Below are positions 46,053 to 58,257 of a stretch of DNA of 64,000 nt, piece after piece. The stretch's first letter is position 1; the number at the start of each line of letters is the position of its first letter. The stretch comes from TPA_inf: Saccharomyces (taxonomy: Eukaryota), in the NCBI GenBank assembly GCA_000146045.2, contig BK006939.2:32001-96000 (forward strand), read 5' to 3'. The notes beneath the pieces are model-generated. The model was not told where the DNA came from. It saw only the letters and a list, made by a program, of their open reading frames with translations, and ran no database searches. The position numbers and the translations under genes were made by a program.

Positions 46053-47456
46053 ATGGCAATCGTTAATAGTTGGCTAATTTGTTTAGTCAGTATTTTTTCC
46101 TTCGTGGTACGTGTAGAGGCCGCTACATTTTGCAATGCAACTCAAGCATGTCCCGAAGATAAACCATGTTGCTCACAATATGGTGAATGTGGTACTGGTC
46201 AATATTGTCTGAACAACTGTGATGTAAGATATTCGTTTAGTCATGATTCATGTATGCCTGTACCTATCTGCAAGAGTTCATCCACTAAATTCAAAGATTA
46301 TTCCTCTAAGTTGGGGAATGCTAACACTTTCTTAGGAAATGTTAGTGAGGCTGATTGGTTGTATACTGGTGACGTTTTGGATTATGATGATGAAGAAAGT
46401 TTAATTTTGGCGATGCCCAAGAACAGTGGTGGTACCGTTCTTTCCTCCACGAGGGCTGTTTGGTATGGTAAGGTCAGTGCTAGAATAAAGACGTCACATC
46501 TTGCTGGTGTGGTCACTGGGTTCATTCTGTATTCCGGCGCAGGTGATGAACTTGATTACGAATTCGTCGGTGCTGATCTAGAAACTGCTCAAACCAATTT
46601 CTATTGGGAAAGTGTTTTGAACTACACGAATTCTGCCAATATTTCCACTACTGATACATTTGAAAACTACCATACTTACGAATTAGATTGGCACGAAGAT
46701 TATGTAACATGGTCCATCGATGGTGTCGTCGGTAGAACCTTGTACAAGAACGAAACTTATAACGCCACCACCCAAAAATATCAATACCCACAAACCCCAT
46801 CCAAGGTGGATATTTCCATTTGGCCAGGTGGTAATTCTACCAACGCTCCAGGAACCATTGCATGGTCTGGTGGTGAAATTAATTGGGACGCATCCGATAT
46901 CAGCAACCCAGGATATTATTATGCTATTGTCAATGAAGTTAATATCACATGTTATGATCCACCAAGCGATACCAAGAAGAATGGTACTTCTGCTTATGTG
47001 TATACTTCGTCCAGTGAATTTTTGGCCAAAGACATTGCTATTACCGATGATGAGGTCATGATGGACAGTGATGAGGGATCTGGCTTGGACCCACATAAGG
47101 GAGCTACCACATCTTCCACCCAAAAGAGTTCTTCCTCAACTGCAACCTCTTCCTCCAAAACGTCATCCGATCACAGCAGTTCAACTAAGAAGAGTAGTAA
47201 GACTAGTTCCACCGCTTCATCATCATCATCATCATCTTCTTCTTCTTCTTCTTCTTCCTCTACTGCTACTAAGAACGGAGATAAAGTCGTATCCTCCGTA
47301 TCCTCTTCCGTCACTTCCCAAACTCAAACAACATCTTCTGTAAGCGGAAGCGCCTCCAGCAGTACAAGCTCAATGAGCGGTAATAACGCAGGTGCCAACG
47401 TAGCGGCAAACTGGCGTTTGACTGTTTTATGTGTCATCCTAGGTTATGTCTTATAG
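46053..47456 (+). CDS. UTR2: GPI-anchored cell-wall chitin transglycosylase, GH16 (467 aa)
   Basis: Signal peptide and a GH16 catalytic motif (ELDYEFVG at about aa 165). Ser/Thr-rich stalk and a hydrophobic C-terminus (GPI signal). Length 467 aa, matching Utr2/Crh2. Confidence 0.92.
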   Translation: MAIVNSWLICLVSIFSFVVRVEAATFCNATQACPEDKPCCSQYGECGTGQYCLNNCDVRYSFSHDSCMPVPICKSSSTKFKDYSSKLGNANTFLGNVSEADWLYTGDVLDYDDEESLILAMPKNSGGTVLSSTRAVWYGKVSARIKTSHLAGVVTGFILYSGAGDELDYEFVGADLETAQTNFYWESVLNYTNSANISTTDTFENYHTYELDWHEDYVTWSIDGVVGRTLYKNETYNATTQKYQYPQTPSKVDISIWPGGNSTNAPGTIAWSGGEINWDASDISNPGYYYAIVNEVNITCYDPPSDTKKNGTSAYVYTSSSEFLAKDIAITDDEVMMDSDEGSGLDPHKGATTSSTQKSSSSTATSSSKTSSDHSSSTKKSSKTSSTASSSSSSSSSSSSSSSTATKNGDKVVSSVSSSVTSQTQTTSSVSGSASSSTSSMSGNNAGANVAANWRLTVLCVILGYVL

Positions 47457-47635
47457 GAGGATCTGCATCTAAGAACAAATAGGCTACACAGGACTCTCAA
47501 AAAAAAATGTATTAATAAATAAAAGAACTTAAATATAGACTTTTTATTCGCATGCATATAAAAATAATTAATTAATAAATAACTGTAAAAAACTAGAATA
47601 ATAAAAGTAATAAATATCTCCTCCGACGACATAGC

Positions 47636-47977
47636 CTATTTGGCAGCCTTTGTCATATAAGTAATTAAATCGTTTCTGTCCTTTTCCTTCTTCAACCCGG
47701 CAAACGCCATCTTGGTACCAGGAATATATTTCTTTGGGTTCGTCAAGTACTCGGACATACTATCCTCATCCCATTTGACGTTCTTGTTGATGTTTGCATC
47801 TGTGTAAGAATAACCCTTTACCTGACCTGAATGTCTACCAAAAATACCATGTAAATTAGGTCCAACTTTGTTAGGACCACCCTCTTCTATTGTATGACAC
47901 TGCTGACACCTCGTTTTAAACAATGTAGCACCCTTTTTTGCAGAGCCTGGTTTGAATCCCGTACTTTCTTTAGCCAT
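47636..47977 (-). CDS. CYC7: Iso-2-cytochrome c (113 aa)
   Basis: [52 protein letters not shown]... CXXCH haem motif. 113 aa versus 109 for CYC1, so this is iso-2. Confidence 0.97.
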   Translation of the reverse strand: MAKESTGFKPGSAKKGATLFKTRCQQCHTIEEGGPNKVGPNLHGIFGRHSGQVKGYSYTDANINKNVKWDEDSMSEYLTNPKKYIPGTKMAFAGLKKEKDRNDLITYMTKAAK

Positions 47978-48208
47978 GTTTTGTTTATGATGTAATGTAG
48001 TTTACTGAAGTTTACTTAAAGTAATGTGAATAAATGCTTGTATGTGATCTTCTTGTATAAGTCTTTGATTTTGTTTCAACCTCAACAAAAAGAGAACTAT
48101 TCTGATCTAATCTTCTCGAGCTTCACAACACGATATATATATATGTTGTGTGCCTTTGTCTTTGCCCCTTGCGGCCACTTATAGTAGTTGGAACTTGAAT
48201 AAATGCCC

Positions 48209-48229
48209 TCGCTATTATCGCTATTAGCT
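48209..48229. promoter_or_regulatory. Hap1 binding site of the CYC7 type (CGC-N6-CGC direct repeat: CGCTATTATCGCTATTAGC), about 240 bp upstream of CYC7
   Basis: The sequence ccCTCGCTATTATCGCTATTAGCtt is seen directly. I recall the CYC7 UAS as having this unusual CGC rather than CGG Hap1 site. Confidence 0.5.
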
Positions 48230-48461
48230 TTGAGAAGGTGGGAAAAGACCCCTCGGCGGGGGACTGCAGACCCTTCTCAGAGAAGGCACGAAGGAAAATA
48301 ATTCAATAAGGGGCGCTATAACCCGGCTGCTGATCCATTTCTTTTTTCGTTTCTTTTTCTTCAAGCGGAATGATAATAATAATACCAACGATGACGGTGG
48401 TGAGTGGGATGAATATGGAATGGTCATTGGGCAAAAGGTCCTGCTAGCTCGTATACCAAAA

Positions 48462-49145
48462 ATGGGAGACAATTACTCGACTTACTTGCTTGATATTGAA
48501 GGGACAGTGTGCCCGATCTCGTTCGTGAAGGAGACTTTATTCCCTTATTTCACGAATAAAGTGCCGCAATTGGTTCAACAGGATACAAGGGACTCCCCGG
48601 TTTCCAACATTCTGTCGCAGTTTCACATCGACAATAAGGAGCAGTTGCAGGCGCATATTTTGGAGTTGGTGGCCAAGGATGTGAAGGATCCAATCTTGAA
48701 ACAGTTGCAAGGCTACGTCTGGGCTCACGGATACGAATCTGGGCAGATTAAGGCGCCCGTTTATGCAGATGCTATTGACTTTATCAAGAGGAAGAAGCGT
48801 GTGTTTATCTACTCTAGTGGATCTGTAAAGGCACAGAAATTGCTGTTCGGGTATGTTCAGGATCCCAACGCGCCTGCGCATGATTCGTTGGATTTGAATT
48901 CTTATATAGATGGTTATTTCGACATCAACACTTCTGGAAAGAAAACCGAAACACAGTCTTACGCCAACATCTTGCGGGATATCGGTGCGAAGGCTAGCGA
49001 GGTACTGTTCTTGAGCGATAATCCATTGGAATTGGACGCAGCGGCCGGCGTTGGAATAGCTACTGGGTTAGCTTCCCGACCTGGTAATGCACCTGTCCCC
49101 GATGGGCAAAAGTACCAGGTATACAAGAATTTTGAAACTCTTTAA
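48462..49145 (+). CDS. UTR4: Enolase-phosphatase E1 of the methionine salvage pathway, HAD family (227 aa)
   Basis: MGDNYSTYLLDIEGTVCPISFVKETLFPYF... HAD motif I (LLDIEGT). 227 aa from the ATG at 48462. An in-frame ATG 14 codons upstream (48420) starts the track ORF. Confidence 0.88.
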   Translation: MGDNYSTYLLDIEGTVCPISFVKETLFPYFTNKVPQLVQQDTRDSPVSNILSQFHIDNKEQLQAHILELVAKDVKDPILKQLQGYVWAHGYESGQIKAPVYADAIDFIKRKKRVFIYSSGSVKAQKLLFGYVQDPNAPAHDSLDLNSYIDGYFDINTSGKKTETQSYANILRDIGAKASEVLFLSDNPLELDAAAGVGIATGLASRPGNAPVPDGQKYQVYKNFETL

Positions 49146-49186
49146 CAAAACTGTATATATGCGCTAAAAGCAGTATAATCATTATT

Positions 49187-49238
49187 TGTTGTTGTTATTA
49201 TTATTATTATTGTTATTATTATTATTATTATTATTATT
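49187..49238. repeat. (TTA/ATT)n trinucleotide microsatellite, about 17 units with GTT interruptions
   Basis: tgttgttgttattattattattattgttattattattattattattattattga lies between the convergent 3' ends of UTR4 and RAD23. Confidence 0.9.
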
Positions 49239-49406
49239 GAGATTAATATTACCATCTCTCTGTTTTCTTTTCTTTCCCTTCTAGCATATATAAATACACA
49301 TACGTTATTGATTTCTACGTAAGCTTTTTTTTTCCCTTGGCTCAAAAATCATGCAACATTGTCGAGAATAAGTGAAGATACTTCAAGCCATAACATTACT
49401 ACAATC

Positions 49407-50603
49407 TCAGTCGGCATGATCGCTGAATAGAATATTTGCTGCAGCTTCTTCGTTTTTATCGCACGCAAAATACACCTGGATAACAAGATCTCTTTCAAAG
49501 CCCAATTCACAGAGGCGCGAAATAGCTTGATCGTCTTCGGGGGTATAGTCAACTTGGAAAGAACCTTCACCTTCACCTTGTCCCAGTCCTGCAGCAGCAG
49601 CCTCTCCTGTAACTTCTATATCCTCTCCTTCCACCATATCATCCGCACCTTCCATAACATCTTGCATATTGTCACCCACGGCTTCTAGCAACATGGACAC
49701 AAACACTTCTGGGTTTGCCATGATATGTTCACGTAATTGAGGATATCTAGCACTTATGTTTTCCAACAATGGGGCTAAAGCTTCTGGGTTACCTGAAACG
49801 ACCTGTCTCAACGATAGTAAATCTTCTACAGTGAGGCCAATGGAACCTGGAGGTCCACCTTGCGCAGCATCTGTAGCTCCTCCAGTTGTGCCAAGCGCAC
49901 CGGATGAAGCATTACCGCCTTGGGCAGCTTGTGCAAATAAGTCGTCTTCAGCCGGTTGTTCCGCAGTGGTGGCGGCTGTCGATGGTTGTTCCGCTGCGGC
50001 GGCTGTTTGTTGCTGTGGTTCCGGTTGACGCAGATTTTCTGGAATACCCATCAGTAGATATTCCACCGCTCTATCTGGATTATTAAAGGCTGCTCTCAAG
50101 GCTCGTTCGACTTCCTCTCTTTGGTAGCCCATTTCCATGATTCTCTCGATGGTCTCGTTCCTCTCGGTTCCCACCACGAATCCCGGTGTAGAGGCAGATT
50201 CAGTACGTTCTGTAGTGGCGGTTTGTTCTTCTTGCGGTTGTGAGCCTTCGGGAGCAGTGGCTGCAGGAGCTGCAGAAGCATCCGTACTGGGGGATGCTTC
50301 TGTAGAATTTTCTCTTCCGGGGGTAGTGGCGCTCTCAGGAGCAATTGGAGGTTCTGTTACTTTGGTCTTCGTGGACTTTTTTTGAGAAACCATGAAGACA
50401 ACTTGGTCCCCATCTTTTAGCCCGCATTCCGATACGGTTTTGGAATCTTGTAGCACTTTACCCGAGTAGATCAGTTTTATTTGAGATTCTTCACAAGAAA
50501 TGGATTGAGCAAGCTTGGTCTTGGTCTCTAAAATTGTGTTTGAAGGTTCCAGATCTAAAGGAACTTTTTCCTTCTTGAAATTTTTAAAGGTTAAGCTAAC
50601 CAT
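49407..50603 (-). CDS. RAD23: UBL-UBA proteasome shuttle and NER factor (398 aa)
   Basis: [74 protein letters not shown] (ubiquitin-like domain) plus two UBA domains. Length 398 aa. Confidence 0.96.
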
Positions 50604-51049
50604 TTTTCTATTGTATGTTGTCTTTGTGTGATCTGTGATTTAAAGGTGGAGTTAGATGCCTTTATTAAGTCTTTAGAGGAAGGAAAATTGGATGGTAGCA
50701 AGCTTGTCTGCGAACGGCCTTATCAATGGTTCAAACTTAAAAACAGGGAGAAAAACCTAAGTGTACCTTCTAGCTTTAGCTACTAGTCAATACTGGATGG
50801 GACCTTGTTCTATCATTTTTTCTTAAGTTTTGCTGTCGCTATTTCTTGCCTAGCCATAATGAAAGAGAAGAAAATAAAAAAATTTCAATTTCGCCACCGA
50901 GCCGTGTATAGTGATTGATATAACAATGGTATTGTAATTCACTCAAAGAAAAGTTAAAGACCAAAGAATAGAGGTTTGATATTATTATCGGTATATATGT
51001 ACAACTATATGAATTCGTACTTCATATGTAGGTCACTAAAAAACCGAGC

Positions 51050-51155
51050 CTAGTTTCTATCAGGGTCGAAGTCTAATGGAACTTCTTTAGGATGTTTTTT
51101 CTTGTTCTTGTCGTTGTCATCAAGAGGTTTCCCCTGCGGGTTGCCGTCGAGCTGT

Positions 51156-51193
<38 letters not shown>

Positions 51194-52552
51194 TTGTTGC
51201 TGTTGTTGTTGTTGTTGGTTGTTTGGTGAGACAAAGTCACCCTTTGAGTCCACCAGCTCCGAGCCATCTCCCTCTTCAGACCAGTCTACAGTGACTTTAT
51301 TGTTCAAAGTGGAGTCAATGTTTTTTAAGATTGAATCTCTTTCTTCGTTCCATTGGTCTCTGACATCTTCAAATCCAATCTCCCAGATCTTGTTGTAAAA
51401 TTCGCGAATTCTCTCTTCTTCTAGTTTCCGCTTCTCCTCTTCAGCCATCCAAGCCATGTGCTTTAAGTCGTCGCTGGAAGGTTCGTAGATGTGCCAGATG
51501 ACATAATGGGGCAAGCCGATGACATTGTAATTCATCCTGCGGGAGAGCCTACCGAATGCTTCTGTCTCTGCGTGCTTTTCAAAGGAGAATGCAGGAAAGT
51601 GTGAGCCTGTTCTGAATACTTTAGCTTTCGCGAGAATCGAGACCCCTCCAATACCGTCCAATTCCATTTCGTCTTCTGGATTACCGTTTGGGTCTCTCAT
51701 GTATGCCAGGTGAGGTCTCCAAGTGGCGTACTCTGGGTACCCTTCCACAATGACAGCATCTTCGTCTAGGGAATCCGCCAATTGAAGACCCCCTTCTGAT
51801 TCCTTCCATGAATTTAAATCGTAGGGTTGAATGTTTCCCAGCCAGTCTGGTAAAGGTCTCCAGACGTTGGGGACAATGACGTCCTTGTCGTGATGCATTA
51901 GATCCTCCATGATGGTAGTGGGGATGGTTTCGACATCCACGTCTCTCCAGTAAACCCAGGAGTGGTATGGTTTCAGGGCCACGGACCCAAGCCAATTACG
52001 AGCCCTGGCCATCAGCTTTCTTCTGGGGCCCTGGGCGCCAAACCCGTGACGATCAGAAAAGGACTGACCAATGATTTGGCCGAAGTCCTTCTCATAGATT
52101 TCGATGTTACCAAACCTTTTGGACTTGTCTTGTTGCGATTGCGCCATCTGTAGATTGGATAGTAACACGCCCATGGTGTTATCCGAAGAGTCACTCACCA
52201 AAAACGACAGATCAATCAGGTTGTGCGGATATGTCATGGTATTCAGATGGTTAAAAAACATGGGAAGATGCTCAGAAGCATCTCTCAGTGGCACGCAAAA
52301 CAAGATGCGGTCACCCTGTTGCCAACCATCTTTGTTGCCTTGGTAATTTCGTAGGTCGTAGAACTCTACGCTGGGAGTATTTTTAAAATCTGGAACATAG
52401 GGCTTGAAGATTCCTTGGAAAGTTACCAGCTGGAATAGCGATATCGAGAAGAACGAAAGCACGAGTCTTGTGAGAAAGAACACCGTAAGCAACGTTCCAG
52501 CGATACTTACTGTGGTAGGGTTGAACGAGAGTTTTCTGTTATTATACTTCAT
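51050..52552 (-). CDS. ANP1: Golgi alpha-1,6-mannosyltransferase complex (M-Pol II) subunit, type II membrane protein (500 aa)
   Basis: MKYNNRKLSFNPTTVSIAGTLLTVFFLTRLVL... (Anp1/Mnn9/Van1 family). C-terminal Q22 tract. Length 500 aa. Confidence 0.93.
51151..51217 (-). repeat. Mixed CAG/CAA repeat encoding about 22 consecutive glutamines near the ANP1 C-terminus; coordinates +/-2
   Basis: Plus strand (ctg/ttg)n. The protein reads NNQ(22)LDGNPQ. My hand indexing through this run was off by 1 nt, so the boundaries are approximate. Confidence 0.85.
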
Positions 52553-53044
52553 TATGGACGTACACTTTGCATGAAAGCCACAAGGAACTGTTTAATGGAG
52601 CGAAAAAAAGATGATGAGGGTAAATCGCACCAACACTCGCCTAGCAACTGAGTGATGAATGGTTTTGCAATGCTTGCTGTCTCTACTAACAGATCTTGGC
52701 GTTTTTGAATCGTGTAGTTATTTTTATTTATTTTTTTTATTTCATGTTTTCATGATTTCATCTTACGCAATTTTTTCACGATGAGACAAGGCGGGCGACC
52801 CCACACAAGAGGAAAATTGAACACAATGCGTTGGTAAAGGGATTACGAATTGATTAAACCAACATAGTGAGACAAGAAAAGAAAAGAAAAGAAAAGGAAA
52901 ATGAAAAAAAATAAAAAAAAGAAGGCAACTAGACCAGATGAGCCCGGTTCATTTCTATTCTCTGCAGTCACTGCTATTTTCATCAACAGCGCAGGCCAAG
53001 TTGAACGAGATAGTAGCAATCGTAAAAGGAACTAGCTAACTTCA

Positions 53045-53545
53045 TCATGAAAGTTTACCCTTTCTTGCCGCTACCCTTCTCGTTTGGCTGGTATTAGAGC
53101 ACAGCGGATATATCCGGCTCAACAGTATAAGTAACGATAAGTCCTGACCATTGGCTTCGTTCTGGTGGCATTTTCTCTGAGGGGTGAGAACAGCAAAACG
53201 GGAACGGCGACTTGGAGTAGTATAACGCTGTAGCTGGACGCTGAGGGGCCAAGGCCGGTAAAATTCTGCAACACCCAGACCTTGCTGCAGTGATATCATC
53301 CACCCATACCCCTCGATGTATTCCGTAGCGTTATATCGGGTCCGTGTGAGGCGACAAGGGACCTCCCGCACCGCACATACCGCAGGAGCTAAAAGAAACG
53401 CCGTCGCCCGAAAAAAAGTTTCGAAGGTGAAGGAACAGTGGTAATAAAAATTTTTTTCGTCGTCGTCGTCGATCGGCTTTTGGCCGCGTTGATCGTCGTG
53501 TTCCACGATTATATAATGCACAAGGTTTTTGCCATATCTTGACAT
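53045..53545 (-). CDS. UTR5: Uncharacterised ORF UTR5 (166 aa); coding status uncertain
   Basis: 166-codon ATG-initiated ORF MSRYGKNLVHYIIVEHDDQRGQKPIDDDDEKNFYYHCSF... in the YEL035C position. No recognisable domain. GC-rich for yeast. Its ATG is only 130 bp from the HYP2 ATG. Confidence 0.55.
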   Translation of the reverse strand: MSRYGKNLVHYIIVEHDDQRGQKPIDDDDEKNFYYHCSFTFETFFRATAFLLAPAVCAVREVPCRLTRTRYNATEYIEGYGWMISLQQGLGVAEFYRPWPLSVQLQRYTTPSRRSRFAVLTPQRKCHQNEANGQDLSLLILLSRIYPLCSNTSQTRRVAARKGKLS

Positions 53546-53675
53546 TGGAATCCCTCATTTCCTAAATTCCTCTCCTTCTATCAATTGCTTCCTTTCCTTC
53601 TTTCTAACGATTCTACTTCTGTAGCCAATTACTCATAGACTCCCAAACACACACAAATACCAACTCATATATACA

Positions 53676-54149
53676 ATGTCTGACGAAGAACATACCTTTG
53701 AAACTGCTGACGCTGGTTCCTCCGCCACCTACCCAATGCAATGTTCTGCCTTGAGAAAGAACGGTTTCGTTGTCATCAAGAGTAGACCATGTAAGATTGT
53801 CGACATGTCCACTTCTAAGACTGGTAAGCACGGTCACGCTAAAGTCCATTTGGTTGCCATTGATATCTTCACTGGTAAGAAGTTGGAAGATTTGTCTCCA
53901 TCTACTCACAACATGGAAGTTCCAGTTGTCAAGAGAAACGAATACCAATTGTTGGACATTGATGACGGTTTCTTGTCTTTGATGAACATGGACGGTGACA
54001 CTAAGGATGATGTCAAGGCTCCAGAAGGTGAATTGGGTGACAGTTTGCAAACTGCTTTTGATGAAGGTAAGGACTTGATGGTTACCATCATCTCCGCTAT
54101 GGGTGAAGAAGCCGCCATCTCCTTCAAGGAAGCTGCTAGAACCGATTAA
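53676..54149 (+). CDS. HYP2: Translation factor eIF5A (hypusine-containing), aerobic isoform (157 aa)
   Basis: [60 protein letters not shown]... (hypusination site [12 protein letters not shown]). Length 157 aa. Confidence 0.97.
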   Translation: MSDEEHTFETADAGSSATYPMQCSALRKNGFVVIKSRPCKIVDMSTSKTGKHGHAKVHLVAIDIFTGKKLEDLSPSTHNMEVPVVKRNEYQLLDIDDGFLSLMNMDGDTKDDVKAPEGELGDSLQTAFDEGKDLMVTIISAMGEEAAISFKEAARTD

Positions 54150-54178
54150 ACCGGTTAACATCATGGCATGGGATATAA

Positions 54179-54598
54179 ATGAAAAAAGAAAAAAAAACTC
54201 CGACGCCCCTTCCATCACATCATGTACTCTTCGCTGAACCGGGTTTTTTTCTTTGCAATTTTTTTTTCGTTCTCCTAAAGCATACACAAATAAATCCTTT
54301 TTTTTATTTTCTATTTATTTTGTTATTTATCATCTATATAGCAATAATATACTTTGTTTTTATTCGTATTTCACACTTTTCTTTTTCCTTATGCAGGCAG
54401 TGTAATTCATTGGGGAGGATGATTTTCATGTGCGCATATCTACCGGCTGCAAGCAGCCGGTCGGTGGCAAATCCGGCGCTTCCCCCTCAAAAAAAAAAAA
54501 AAAAAAAAAAAAAGGGAACTCTCAGAACGGGGGAGGTTGAAGAGCAGGCCAAGGGAAATATTAGTTTTGACCTATGTGGGAAACAGAATTTTCAATGA
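54179..54598 (+). CDS. MTC7: Questionable 139-aa ORF (YEL033W/MTC7) in the HYP2 3' region; contains an (A)25 run translated as K8
   Basis: ATG at 54179. Hydrophobic low-complexity product (FFLCNFFFVLL...FILLFIIYIAIIYFVFI) followed by KKKKKKKK from a 25-nt A homopolymer. Ends 5 bp before the tRNA-Ser. Confidence 0.35.
   Translation: MKKEKKTPTPLPSHHVLFAEPGFFLCNFFFVLLKHTQINPFFYFLFILLFIIYIAIIYFVFIRISHFSFSLCRQCNSLGRMIFMCAYLPAASSRSVANPALPPQKKKKKKKKGTLRTGEVEEQAKGNISFDLCGKQNFQ
54489..54513 (+). repeat. Perfect (dA)25 homopolymer tract
   Basis: 25 consecutive A residues. Located 90 bp upstream of the tRNA-Ser 5' end and inside the MTC7 ORF. Confidence 0.95.
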
Positions 54599-54603
54599 GT
54601 TAT

Positions 54604-54685
54604 GGCAACTTGGCCGAGTGGTTAAGGCGAAAGATTAGAAATCTTTTGGGCTTTGCCCGCGCAGGTTCGAGTCCTGCAGTTGTCG
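54604..54685 (+). tRNA. tS(AGA)E: tRNA-Ser (anticodon AGA), 82 nt, no intron
   Basis: GGCAACTTGGCCGAGTGGTTAAGGCGAAAGATTAGAAATCTTTTGGGCTTTGCCCGCGCAGGTTCGAGTCCTGCAGTTGTCG is canonical yeast tRNA-Ser(AGA), with long variable arm and A and B boxes. A T-rich Pol III terminator (ttatttttctcttttttttt) follows at 54686-54705. Confidence 0.97.
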
Positions 54686-54751
54686 TTATTTTTCTCTTTT
54701 TTTTCAATTTCCCTTGTTCGTCAGATCGAGGCGGTAGAAGAAACAATTACT

Positions 54752-54768
54752 TTTCCTAAATGGGTAAA
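54752..54768 (+). promoter_or_regulatory. Early cell-cycle box (ECB; Mcm1 site, CC(W)6GG core) TTTCCTAAATGGGTAAA, about 170 bp upstream of MCM3
   Basis: Fits the ECB consensus TTtCCnnnnnnGGaAA. ECBs are known in MCM2-7, CDC6, SWI4 and CLN3 promoters and drive the M/G1 burst. Confidence 0.55.
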
Positions 54769-54828
54769 AACTCGTGTTTTAGGAAAAAAAAGAAAAATTT
54801 GGTCAAAACTCGAAAGATAGGTTCTTAA

Positions 54829-57852
<3,024 letters not shown>

Positions 57853-58257
57853 TGTCACAGGAATGTTTACTAAAAGACTTCCATTCTTGGCTTTTTTTCT
57901 TTTTGTCATTCATAATTTTCAGTTCATTTCCAGATTATTTAGTTCATTAATTGTTATTCGTGTATTAAAGAATTATGTATTAAAACGCTTATTTCCTTCT
58001 TTTGTTTGAATGTGTTGTAAGCAGTTATGGGGCACTATATCTTCTGTTAATGAATATGTGTGATACTTTGGCTTATCTTACTTGCTCATTCGTGGCTTCT
58101 TGTCACGCCATACGTTACGCGTTTCTCTTCCTCTTCGCGTGTTCTGAATAAAGCCAAGTGGCAATGTCTCTTCCACCATATAACATGAAGCTTTAGCAAG
58201 CTTTTAGCTCTAGACATAGTTGACATATCAGACCTACAGAAACATAGGAATCGGTAA

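Noticed and set aside
46683-47343. ORFs in other frames within UTR2 (146 aa minus, 113 aa and 91 aa plus, including poly-His/Leu product)
   Set aside because: Produced by the Ser/Thr-codon repeats of UTR2 read out of frame.
51073-51398. Poly-Asn/Ser ORF (minus) and poly-Cys ORF (plus) across the ANP1 CAG/CAA repeat
   Set aside because: Alternative-frame readings of the trinucleotide repeat. The ANP1 frame gives a recognisable protein.
53613-54287. 224-aa minus-strand ORF antisense to HYP2 (SGD dubious YEL034C-A as I recall)
   Set aside because: Completely overlaps the strongly conserved eIF5A gene. Begins at a non-canonical position. No domains.
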